Notes under the pieces: generated by a model
The model's database searches: none
What the model saw: the letters and a program-made list of their open reading frames with translations, nothing else
What the model was told of the DNA's origin: nothing
Translations under genes and position numbers: made by a program
Shown here: positions 1-7,800 of the stretch, piece by piece
How the letters are laid out: each line of letters begins with the position of its first letter
How positions within the stretch are numbered: the stretch's first letter is position 1
Assembly: GCA_046075565.1 (NCBI GenBank)
Contig: JBJTQJ010000044.1
Location: forward strand, 1-32,134
Length of the DNA stretch: 32,134 nt
Reading direction: 5' to 3'
Source of the DNA: Verrucomicrobiales bacterium
Lineage (GTDB): Bacteria > Verrucomicrobiota > Verrucomicrobiia > Verrucomicrobiales > SLCJ01

Positions 1-428
1 ATCAGGAGAACCACGCGGGCGAACATCGCGGGTGAACCCGCGCCAAACCAGCCCGCCTCGAGTCCAAGCCAACGAAAGATGGCGATACTGGTTCCCAACA
101 CCAAAGGCGTCGCCAGACAGGACGATAAATTGAGGGCCAAACAAAGCGGGAGATTTCCGCGAGCCAGCAGAGTGTAAAAGTTGGCGATGTCGCCCACCGG
201 ACATGCGGCTATCAGGAGCAGGGCACCGGCAACCCGGCTACTTGACTCCCCGCGAACAACCAAAAGAACGGCGAAGATGGAAAGAAGGCACTGGAGCAGA
301 ATCAGCAGGGCTACTCGCAACCATTCCCCTTTCAGGGCGGCCAAAGACGGCCCGCGTGTTTCAAGTCCCACCGCCAGCATCATGACAAAGGCCACGATGG
401 GAATGGTGATTTCAAGAAACAACGTCAT
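1..428 (-). CDS. Bile acid:sodium symporter (BASS) family transporter, 5' part (runs off the window edge)
   Basis: Not in ORF track. Manual translation from ATG at 428 gives MTLFLEITIPIVAFVMMLAVGL...LLLIAACPVGDIANFYTLLARGNLPLCLALN, open to position 1. It is hydrophobic and resembles the BASS MxxxGL and CPxGxxxN...A.Gn..L motifs. Confidence 0.8.
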   Translation of the reverse strand, partial: MTLFLEITIPIVAFVMMLAVGLETRGPSLAALKGEWLRVALLILLQCLLSIFAVLLVVRGESSSRVAGALLLIAACPVGDIANFYTLLARGNLPLCLALNLSSCLATPLVLGTSIAIFRWLGLEAGWFGAGSPAMFARVVLL

Positions 429-478
429 GGGTCGCTTTCCAGTTCGGACCCGCAAACATGGCCGTCGCGAGGGTTTCC

Positions 479-1372
479 TCAATCCAATTCCTCATCCACG
501 GCCAAAAGCATCTCACGAAACATGGTGGCTGCAGGCGAGATGATACGGTCCCTGATCCAGATCAGGCTGAAAGCGGAATGGAGCCATTCTGGAAAGAAGT
601 TCAGAAGAGCCAATTCGCCGGAATTGACGCGGTCACGCACCATGGGTTCAAGGAAAATTGCGATGGCGTCGCTGTGCAGGATCACATCGATCGCAACCTG
701 CAGCGACTCGCACCGGATGGCCGGGGTCACGGCGCGGCTTTCATTGCCGAGCAACTTGCCCAACAGGCGGGGAGGCAAGCGCGTGGTGAAAACCAGCGGA
801 TAGCGGAGCAGTTCATCCATCGTGAGGGTGGTCCGACCAACCAGAGGATGATTCGCCCGTGCTACAGCCCGCCCTACCCGACGCCGCAAGGGCAACGATT
901 CTAACTCGGGCGCGTTCATATCACTCGCCTCGCAGATCCCGAGATCCGCCTCGCGCTCGGCGACCATCTGGATCACCTCCGGGTAAGCATTCACGGCAAC
1001 CGAAGCGCAAAAATCGGGCACCCGGACCAAGCATTTGGCCAGCGCCCGGCCGACGAGCAAACGGGCCGGGTAAGGACCGCAGGCGAGCCGCAGCCCAACG
1101 CCACCACCCTTTTTCATGACTCCGATTTCCCTCTCCAGATCCTCGGATTGGAGCAAAATCATCCGGCTGCGGTCCAGGAACAGTTTCCCGGCGTCCGTCG
1201 GTTGGATATCCCGTTTTCCCCGAACGAACAAAATCACGCCCATGTGCGCCTCCAAGGTCTGGATACTCCGGCTCAAGGCAGGCTGGCTCAAATTCACGGC
1301 CCTAGCCGCACGGGCGAAACTCCCGTGTTCAGCAAGAGCCAAAGCGTTGGTGATCAGGCGTAAATCCAACAT
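479..1372 (-). CDS. LysR-family transcriptional regulator
   Basis: N-terminal HTH MLDLRLI...AEHGSFARAARAVNLSQPALSRSIQTLE...PTDAG; 297 aa. Start placed at ATG 1372 (1384 also possible). Divergent from the sulfatase. Confidence 0.95.
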   Translation of the reverse strand: MLDLRLITNALALAEHGSFARAARAVNLSQPALSRSIQTLEAHMGVILFVRGKRDIQPTDAGKLFLDRSRMILLQSEDLEREIGVMKKGGGVGLRLACGPYPARLLVGRALAKCLVRVPDFCASVAVNAYPEVIQMVAEREADLGICEASDMNAPELESLPLRRRVGRAVARANHPLVGRTTLTMDELLRYPLVFTTRLPPRLLGKLLGNESRAVTPAIRCESLQVAIDVILHSDAIAIFLEPMVRDRVNSGELALLNFFPEWLHSAFSLIWIRDRIISPAATMFREMLLAVDEELD

Positions 1373-1440
1373 CGGCCCGAACATAGACCGGATGCCTCCC
1401 GACCGCAATCATGCGAAAAAAGTTCGGAAATCGACAGAAC

Positions 1441-1457
1441 CATGCGCAAAACGCATG
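1441..1457. promoter_or_regulatory. Probable LysR recognition site
   Basis: Perfect dyad CATGCG-caaaa-CGCATG containing T-N11-A (T1443, A1455) in the lysR/sulfatase divergent intergenic region. Confidence 0.7.
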
Positions 1458-1576
1458 ATAAAAATACCCAAAATGCAGTTCCCCTACCCTTGGCAATTTG
1501 CTAGTCTCGCCAATCTTGGAGGTTTTGATTCACGCCCTAGCCGCAAGTCCAAGTCCTAAACCACAACCAAATAATC

Positions 1577-3142
1577 ATGAAAATAGGATCCACATTCTGG
1601 ATAGTCACCACCGCCCTTGCCGCCGCCGTGGCTGCCCCGGCGCAGAATAAAAAACCCAATATCCTCGTGATCTGGGGTGACGACATCGGCTACTGGAACA
1701 TCAGCCATAACAACCACGGCATGATGGGATACAAGACGCCCAACATCGACCGGGTGGCGGCCCAGGGGATTTCCTTTACCGACTATTATGCCCAGCAAAG
1801 CTGCACGGCCGGGCGGGCGGCCTTCATCAGCGGCTCCTCACCCATCCGCTCGGGTATGACCAAGGTCGGGATGCCCGGTGCCAAGGAGGGCTGGCAGAAA
1901 ACCGACGTCACCATGGCCACCGTGCTCAAGAGCCAGGGTTATGCCACCGGACAATTCGGGAAAAACCACCAGGGCGACCGCGACGAGCATCTGCCCACCA
2001 TGCATGGTTTCGACGAGTTCATGGGCAATCTCTACCACCTCAACGCCGAGGAGGAGCCGGAGAATGAGGACTATCCCGGCGACATGGTCCTGGCCAATGG
2101 GAAAACTTTCCGCGAGGTCTTTGGTCCGCGCGGCGTGATGAAATGCAAGGCCGATGGCAAGGGCGGACAGACCATTGAAAATACCGGCCCACTCACGAAA
2201 AAGCGCATGGAAACCATCGACGAGGAAACCCTCGCCGCCGCCAAGGACTTCATCAAACGCCAGCACGCCGCCGGACAACCGTTCTTCTGCTGGTGGAACG
2301 GCACGCGCATGCACTTCCGCACGCACGTCAAAAAAGAAAACCGCCACCCCGGCAACGACGAATACACCGACGGCATGATCGAACATGATGGCCATGTCGG
2401 CCAACTGCTCGACCTGATCGAGGAACTCGGCCTGGCCGACAACACCATCATTCAGTATTCCACCGACAACGGCCCGCATTACAACACCTGGCCGGACGCC
2501 GGCACCATGCCGTTCCGCGGAGAAAAGAACTCGAACTGGGAAGGTGCTTTCCGCGCCCCGTGTTTTATCAAGTGGCCCGGCAAGTTCCCTGCCGGCAAAA
2601 CGCTCAACGGGATTGTTTCCCACGAAGACTGGCTGCCCACCTTCGCCGCCGCCGCTGGTGCGCCCGATATCAAGGAAAAGCTCCTCAAGGGCGTCGAACT
2701 CAACGGCCGGAGCTACAAGAACCACCTCGACGGCTACAACCAGCTCGATTACCTCGGCGGCAAGACCGACAAATCCGCACGCCGCGAGTTCATCTATCTC
2801 AACGACGCCGCCGAGGTCGTGGCCATCCGTTTTGACGACTGGAAGGCGGTGTATCTGGAAAACCGCGCCGAGCAGCTCCAGGTCTGGCGCGAACCATTCG
2901 TCCAGTTGCGCCTGCCCCTGCTTTTCAACCTGCGCCGCGATCCCTTCGAGCGTGCCCAGCACAACTCCAATACCTATCATGATTGGATGATTGACCGCGC
3001 CTATGTGCTCGGGCCGATGCAAGTGGTCGCCAGCCGGTTCCTGCTTACCTTCAAGGACTATCCGCCGAGCCAGACGCCGGGCGACTGGAGCCTGCAATCC
3101 CTGGAGAGGCAGATCAAACACATGACCCTGCCGGGTAAGTGA
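1577..3142 (+). CDS. Arylsulfatase (Cys-type, formylglycine-dependent), secreted
   Basis: Signal peptide, KPNILVIWGDDIG, SCTAGRAAFISG (CxxxR), GYATGQFGKNHQG, STDNG and FRGEKNSNWEG. Confidence 0.95.
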   Translation: MKIGSTFWIVTTALAAAVAAPAQNKKPNILVIWGDDIGYWNISHNNHGMMGYKTPNIDRVAAQGISFTDYYAQQSCTAGRAAFISGSSPIRSGMTKVGMPGAKEGWQKTDVTMATVLKSQGYATGQFGKNHQGDRDEHLPTMHGFDEFMGNLYHLNAEEEPENEDYPGDMVLANGKTFREVFGPRGVMKCKADGKGGQTIENTGPLTKKRMETIDEETLAAAKDFIKRQHAAGQPFFCWWNGTRMHFRTHVKKENRHPGNDEYTDGMIEHDGHVGQLLDLIEELGLADNTIIQYSTDNGPHYNTWPDAGTMPFRGEKNSNWEGAFRAPCFIKWPGKFPAGKTLNGIVSHEDWLPTFAAAAGAPDIKEKLLKGVELNGRSYKNHLDGYNQLDYLGGKTDKSARREFIYLNDAAEVVAIRFDDWKAVYLENRAEQLQVWREPFVQLRLPLLFNLRRDPFERAQHNSNTYHDWMIDRAYVLGPMQVVASRFLLTFKDYPPSQTPGDWSLQSLERQIKHMTLPGK

Positions 3143-3200
3143 CCGCATTCCAGGCACAGGGGGTCGCTTCGTTTTTCGGCGCGGCCCTTCCTCCCTTCGC

Positions 3201-4178
3201 ATGCGAATGAAGCTGATTCTCTCCCTTCTTGCCACCGTCTGCCTTGGGCGTGCCGCCGATCCCCTCCCGTCATGGCAGGACACCGCGCCCAAGCAGGCCA
3301 TCATGGCCTTTGTTGGCAAGGTCACCAAGGAGGGCTCATCGGATTTCATTCCGCCCGCCGAAAGGATCGCCGTCTTCGACAATGACGGCACCCTTTGGTC
3401 GGAGCAGCCGATGTATTTCCAGGCGTTTTTCGTGTTCGACCGGATCAAGGCGCTGGCCCCGCGGCATCCGGAGTGGAAAGACAAGGAACCCTTCGCCTCG
3501 GTGTTGAAGGGCGATACGAAGACCGCCCTCGCCGATGGCGAACACGCGTTACTGGAAATGGTGATGGCGACCCACTCCGGGCTCAGCACGGAGGAGTTCG
3601 AAAAATCCGTCACCGACTGGCTCGCCACCGCCAGACATCCGAAGACCGGCAAGCCCTTCACGGAAATGGTCTATCAGCCGATGCTGGAACTGCTGGCTTA
3701 TCTCCGGGCCAACGGATTCAAGACCTTCATCGTCTCCGGCGGCGGCATCGATTTCATGCGCCCATGGGCGGAGAAAGTCTATGGCATCCCGCCCGAACAA
3801 ATCATCGGTTCGTCCATCAAGGCGAAATACGAGCTGCGCGATGGCAAACCCGTCATCGTCAAACTCCCGGAACTCGACTTCATCGACGACAAGGCCGGCA
3901 AGCCCGTCGGGATCCACCGGCATATCGGCCGCCGCCCGATCTTCGGAGCCGGCAATTCCGACGGAGACTTCGAGATGCTTCAATGGACCACATCCGGCCC
4001 CGGGCCACGTTTCGCCCTGATCGTCCATCACGACGATGCCGAACGGGAATTCGCCTATGATCGCGAGAGCCACGTCGGCCGACTGGCCCGCGGACTTGAC
4101 GAGGCCCCGGCTCTGGGGTGGAGTGTGGTGAGCGTGCAGCGGGATTGGAAAACAATTTATCCCCCGGCCACACCCTGA
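3201..4178 (+). CDS. Secreted HAD-superfamily hydrolase (acid phosphatase-like)
   Basis: Signal peptide; DPLPSW; motif I FDNDGTLW; motif II IVSGGG; GKP; motif IV GNSDGD. Start may be 3207. Confidence 0.9.
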   Translation: MRMKLILSLLATVCLGRAADPLPSWQDTAPKQAIMAFVGKVTKEGSSDFIPPAERIAVFDNDGTLWSEQPMYFQAFFVFDRIKALAPRHPEWKDKEPFASVLKGDTKTALADGEHALLEMVMATHSGLSTEEFEKSVTDWLATARHPKTGKPFTEMVYQPMLELLAYLRANGFKTFIVSGGGIDFMRPWAEKVYGIPPEQIIGSSIKAKYELRDGKPVIVKLPELDFIDDKAGKPVGIHRHIGRRPIFGAGNSDGDFEMLQWTTSGPGPRFALIVHHDDAEREFAYDRESHVGRLARGLDEAPALGWSVVSVQRDWKTIYPPATP

Positions 4179-4229
4179 GTTCTTCCATTCCAATAAAGAT
4201 CCCCCTGCAAACCAATCCACTCCAAAATC

Positions 4230-4721
4230 ATGATCACACTCAAACAAAAATTCCTCGCTGAAATTTTCGGAACCTTCTGGCTTGTCTTCGGCGGCTGCGG
4301 CAGCGCGGTCCTCGCGGCATTGTTTCTCACCGACGGGGCCTCGCCGACCCAACTAGGCATCGGCTTTGTTGGTGTCTCCTTTGCCTTCGGTCTCACCGTG
4401 TTGACCATGGCTTATGCCATCGGTCACATTTCGGGTTGCCATCTGAACCCGGCGGTCACCATCGGGCTGACGGTGGCCGGACGCCATCCGAAGTCGGAGG
4501 TTGTGCCCTACATCATCGCCCAAGTGATTGGGGCAATTGCCGGAGCGGGTGTGTTGTATGTGATTGCCAGCGGAAAAGCCGGATTCTCCACTGCCGGTGG
4601 GTTTGCTTCCAATGGATTTGGCGACCACTCGCCCGGTGGCTTCGCGGAAAACCGGGTCGACCGCCGCGAAAACAAACTCGATCGCCGCGAAGACCGTTGG
4701 GATCGCCGCGGAGCCTGGTAA
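4230..4721 (+). pseudogene. aqpZ: Truncated, chimeric aquaporin Z
   Basis: Close AqpZ match from [21 protein letters not shown] through [11 protein letters not shown] to [15 protein letters not shown]. It then switches at ~4644 to an unrelated charged tail; the second NPA half is missing. Confidence 0.85.
4647..4709 (+). repeat. Three imperfect 21-nt tandem repeats encoding [21 protein letters not shown]
   Basis: gaaaaccgggtcgaccgccgc / gaaaacaaactcgatcgccgc / gaagaccgttgggatcgccgc. Confidence 0.85.
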
Positions 4722-4784
4722 TCTTCAGCCTTATTTTCACCCAAAGCTTTCTCCCTTCATCTCTGTTTCCACTCCATTCCAATC

Positions 4785-5564
4785 ATGAAATCATCAATCC
4801 TCTGCCTTCCCTTGTTGATCGCCTCGCTGACCCCAGACAGCCTCGCCGCCGGTGTATCCACTGGTAAAAATCCTGTCGTTCTGGAAACATCCGACTCCGG
4901 ATGGTGGTTCCGTGTCGCTCCCTATGTCTGGTTGACCGCCACCGAAGGCGACGCCGGAATCGCGGGCTTTGAAGCGCCAGTGGACATCGGATTTGATGAC
5001 ACCCTCGATACCCTCGATTTGGGCTTCATGGCCGTCTTCGAGGCAGGAAAAGGAAAATGGTCCCTCGGCCTCGATGGAATCTACGCCACTTTCAGCCAGG
5101 ATGTGACCACCGGCGGTCGGCTTTTCAAAAGCGGGGAGTTCGAACAAACGCAACTTATCCTCACCCCCCGCGTGTCCTACAATCTGATTCAAACCCCCGA
5201 CTACCGAATGGATATCCTTGCCGGTGCTCGCTGGACCATGATCGACTACGACCTGACCCTGCGCCTTGCTGACGGTCAGATTTCCCGCGGCACGGATGAG
5301 GACTGGATGGACCCGGTCATCGGGGTCCGCGGGCGTTGGTATTTCACCGAAAAGGCCTCCCTCACCTACTCCGGCGATATCGGGGGTTTCGGCGTGGGCA
5401 GCGACCTCACCTGGCAGGCCTTCCTCGGCCTTGGATATCGATTCACCCCCGGCATCACCGGCGTGATCGGCTACCGTGGCCTCGGCATCGATTACAAGGA
5501 CGACGGCTTCACCCTCGATACCGTCGCACATGGACCGCTGGTTGGCTTGGAAGTCATCTTCTGA
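4785..5564 (+). CDS. Putative outer-membrane beta-barrel protein
   Basis: Signal peptide, WWFRVAPYVW, alternating beta-strand patterns, WMDPVIGVR, GDIGGFGVGSDLTWQ and a C-terminal Phe (GPLVGLEVIF). Confidence 0.8.
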   Translation: MKSSILCLPLLIASLTPDSLAAGVSTGKNPVVLETSDSGWWFRVAPYVWLTATEGDAGIAGFEAPVDIGFDDTLDTLDLGFMAVFEAGKGKWSLGLDGIYATFSQDVTTGGRLFKSGEFEQTQLILTPRVSYNLIQTPDYRMDILAGARWTMIDYDLTLRLADGQISRGTDEDWMDPVIGVRGRWYFTEKASLTYSGDIGGFGVGSDLTWQAFLGLGYRFTPGITGVIGYRGLGIDYKDDGFTLDTVAHGPLVGLEVIF

Positions 5565-5565
5565 A

Positions 5566-5724
5566 AGCTTGCTCGTGCGCCACGAAGACGCCGGGCATGA
5601 ATTCCACCATGAGCGCCAGAACCACCTCAGAAAACTCGCCCGCGGGCTCGACGAGGCTCCGGCCCGAGGCTGGCATCTCGTCAGCATGAAAAATGACTGG
5701 AAAGTCATTTTTCCGGCCCCATGA
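5566..5724 (+). pseudogene. Orphan 3' fragment of a second HAD hydrolase paralog
   Basis: LLVRHEDAGHEFHHERQNHLRKLARGLDEAPARGWHLVSMKNDWKVIFPAP* aligns without gaps to the C-terminus of 3201..4178 (LIVHHDDAEREFAYDRESHVGRLARGLDEAPALGWSVVSVQRDWKTIYPPA). It has no N-terminal part. Confidence 0.85.
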
Positions 5725-5783
5725 TCCGAACACTTTCCGGTTGACCGGAAAAACCAACAAACCAGAAATACACCCTGCCACCA

Positions 5784-5954
5784 ATGAAAACCAGACGCAA
5801 ATCCATCAGTCTCTTCCTCGCCCTCATCGGCGCGCCCGTCATCGCGGCGCTCAATTCCTCGTGTATGGGGCCGGCCGGCCGGTCCTAGGTCCGTCAGGAA
5901 ACACGCGTGCAAAACCGCACGACCAACCGCCAGAACAACCGCCGCGGTTGGTAA
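5784..5954 (+). pseudogene. Small lipoprotein-like ORF interrupted by an in-frame TAG (5886-5888)
   Basis: MKTRRKSISLFLALIGAPVIAALNSSCMGPAGRS*VRQETRVQNRTTNRQNNRRGW*: basic N-region, hydrophobic core and lipobox-like LNSSC. Not in ORF track. Confidence 0.6.
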
Positions 5955-6190
5955 TCCCCATCCCGCCCCTCCGGCTCAACCCCCCATTCTGGGGATTTGA
6001 TCTAGGGTTGGGGCGGGATCCTCCCATTTTTTCGGGGGTAGCTCATGCTCACCGGGCTTCCTCGTCCCCGAAAGCAGGGAAGAAATAGCGGCCTGTTCCT
6101 TCGGCGGGGCATTCTCCCCGCCCCTGCCGGGCATGCGCGTCAAGTTAAAGACCCCAATCGCTCTCGCCGCGGGGCACACGAATAGCAAAA

Positions 6191-6304
6191 GTGTCGGACT
6201 GCGCCGGCAGAGGGAGCCTTTGGCAACCGCCGACGGCGCTTTCCCCGGTAGATCGTCCATGCCCAAAGCGGTGTCGCGCCAGGGCTTGCCACCGCAGTCC
6301 ACAC
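6191..6304. repeat. Long imperfect inverted repeat (REP-doublet-like)
   Basis: ggactgcgccggca...gacggcgcttt (6196-6242) pairs with aaagcggtgtc...tgccaccgcagtcc (6265-6300); outer ends are gtgt/acac. Confidence 0.6.
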
Positions 6305-6387
6305 CTGAGCCAATTCTCGGGCTATATTCCTCCGCTTCGCACCACGGATATCCCACAACTTTTTCCTTAACTTGACACGCATCCCCA

Positions 6388-6422
6388 GCGGGGCTCCCCA
6401 CGGAGTCCCGCCGTTTTCTTTT
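6388..6422 (+). terminator. Intrinsic terminator-like hairpin upstream of rhaT
   Basis: 10-bp stem gcggggctcc-ccac-ggagtcccgc (one G-U pair) followed by cgttttctttt. Confidence 0.45.
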
Positions 6423-6510
6423 CGGGGCGCGGGGGCACCGAAAGATCGACTTGTGCCCGCGCGCCTCATCCTCCATCCTAACAAGCCCATAGTCCAATCA
6501 ACCATCCATA

Positions 6511-7734
6511 ATGCAGCCCAACCCGTTACTTGGTGTCGTTTTCCACTGGCTCGGAGGCCTGGCCTCCGGAAGTTTCTATGTCCCCTACAAGGGCGTGCGC
6601 AAATGGTCGTGGGAGACCTTTTGGCTCGCGGGCGGGATGTTCAGTTGGCTGATTTGCCCTTGGGTTGGCGCCCTGCTTCTGACCAAGGACCTCTTCCAGG
6701 TGCTCAAGGAAATACCGCCCTACACCTTCTGGATGACCTATCTCATGGGCGTTTTGTGGGGCATGGGCGGCCTGACCTTCGGCCTCACCATGCGCTACCT
6801 CGGCATGTCTCTGGGCATGGCCATCGCGCTCGGGTATTGCGCGGCCTTCGGCACGCTCGTGCCGCCACTCGTCACGGGTGAATTCGCCGACAAACTCTTC
6901 AATGCCTCCGGCACGAGTGCCGGAGGGCCAACCGTGCTCTTCGGTGTGGCTGTCTGTCTGCTTGGTATCGCTGTTGGCGGCGTGGCCGGCATCCGCAAGG
7001 AGAAGGAAATGGGCGCGCAGGCTTCCACGATCCAAGAGTTCCACCTCTGGAAGGGACTAGCCATCGCGACCTTCTCTGGCATCATGAGCGCTTGCTTCTC
7101 CTTCGGATTCCAGTTCGGCGATCCAATCACGAAAATCACCGCCGCCCACGGCACAGGCCCACTATGGGTCGGCTTGCCGGTTATCCTTGTTATCCTTCTC
7201 GGCGGCCTAACCACCAATTTCATCTGGTGTGTCATCCTGCATGTGAAGAATGGTTCAGCGCACCAATACCTCAGCCCAATCGTGAAACCCGTGGCCGGAC
7301 AGACTGAGGGCGGCACCGGGCACGGGGAGAAACTGTCGGCAGGAACCTTCGAGATCGGCAGCGCTGTTCCTCTCGCCTCCAACTACCTCTTCTGCATCGC
7401 GGCCGGGACACTCTGGTATCTCCAATTCTTCTTCTACCAGATGGGCGAGAGCCAAATGGGCAACTACAAGTTCTCCAGCTGGACCTTGCACATGGCCAGC
7501 ATCATCATCTTCAGCACACTATGGGGCATCTTCTTCAAGGAATGGAAGGGTGCCCAAGCGACCACCAAGAAACTGGTCGTGCTCATGCTCGCCATGCTGG
7601 TGGGATCGACCATCATCATCGGCTATGGCAACAAGAAATCCGAAGACCACGCCCAGACTCCTGAAGGCAAGGCGGCAGCCGCTGCCCATGCCCTGAAGAC
7701 AGGAAAAACAGAAGGATCAAAACCGGCACATTAA
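6511..7734 (+). CDS. rhaT: L-rhamnose/proton symporter
   Basis: LGVVFHWLGGLASGSFYVPYKGVRKWSWETFW, GLTMRYLGMSLG, GTLWYLQFFFY and SWTLHMASIIIFS; about 10 TM segments. Confidence 0.92.
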   Translation: MQPNPLLGVVFHWLGGLASGSFYVPYKGVRKWSWETFWLAGGMFSWLICPWVGALLLTKDLFQVLKEIPPYTFWMTYLMGVLWGMGGLTFGLTMRYLGMSLGMAIALGYCAAFGTLVPPLVTGEFADKLFNASGTSAGGPTVLFGVAVCLLGIAVGGVAGIRKEKEMGAQASTIQEFHLWKGLAIATFSGIMSACFSFGFQFGDPITKITAAHGTGPLWVGLPVILVILLGGLTTNFIWCVILHVKNGSAHQYLSPIVKPVAGQTEGGTGHGEKLSAGTFEIGSAVPLASNYLFCIAAGTLWYLQFFFYQMGESQMGNYKFSSWTLHMASIIIFSTLWGIFFKEWKGAQATTKKLVVLMLAMLVGSTIIIGYGNKKSEDHAQTPEGKAAAAAHALKTGKTEGSKPAH

Positions 7735-7800
7735 GTGGCGACGCCCTAGCCGCAGGCACACAAAGGAACCGCTTGAGGAATAAGAGCGAAAGTCTCCTCC

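Noticed and set aside
1838-3661. 607-aa minus-strand ORF and similar long antisense ORFs (4794-5912, 24212-25186)
   Set aside because: These are shadows of well-supported genes on the other strand.
4647-4709. Possible CRISPR-like array
   Set aside because: The repeats are contiguous, in frame and degenerate, with no spacers and no cas genes nearby.
6372-6377. TTGACA as the rhaT -35 element
   Set aside because: No credible -10 element at 16-18 nt spacing.
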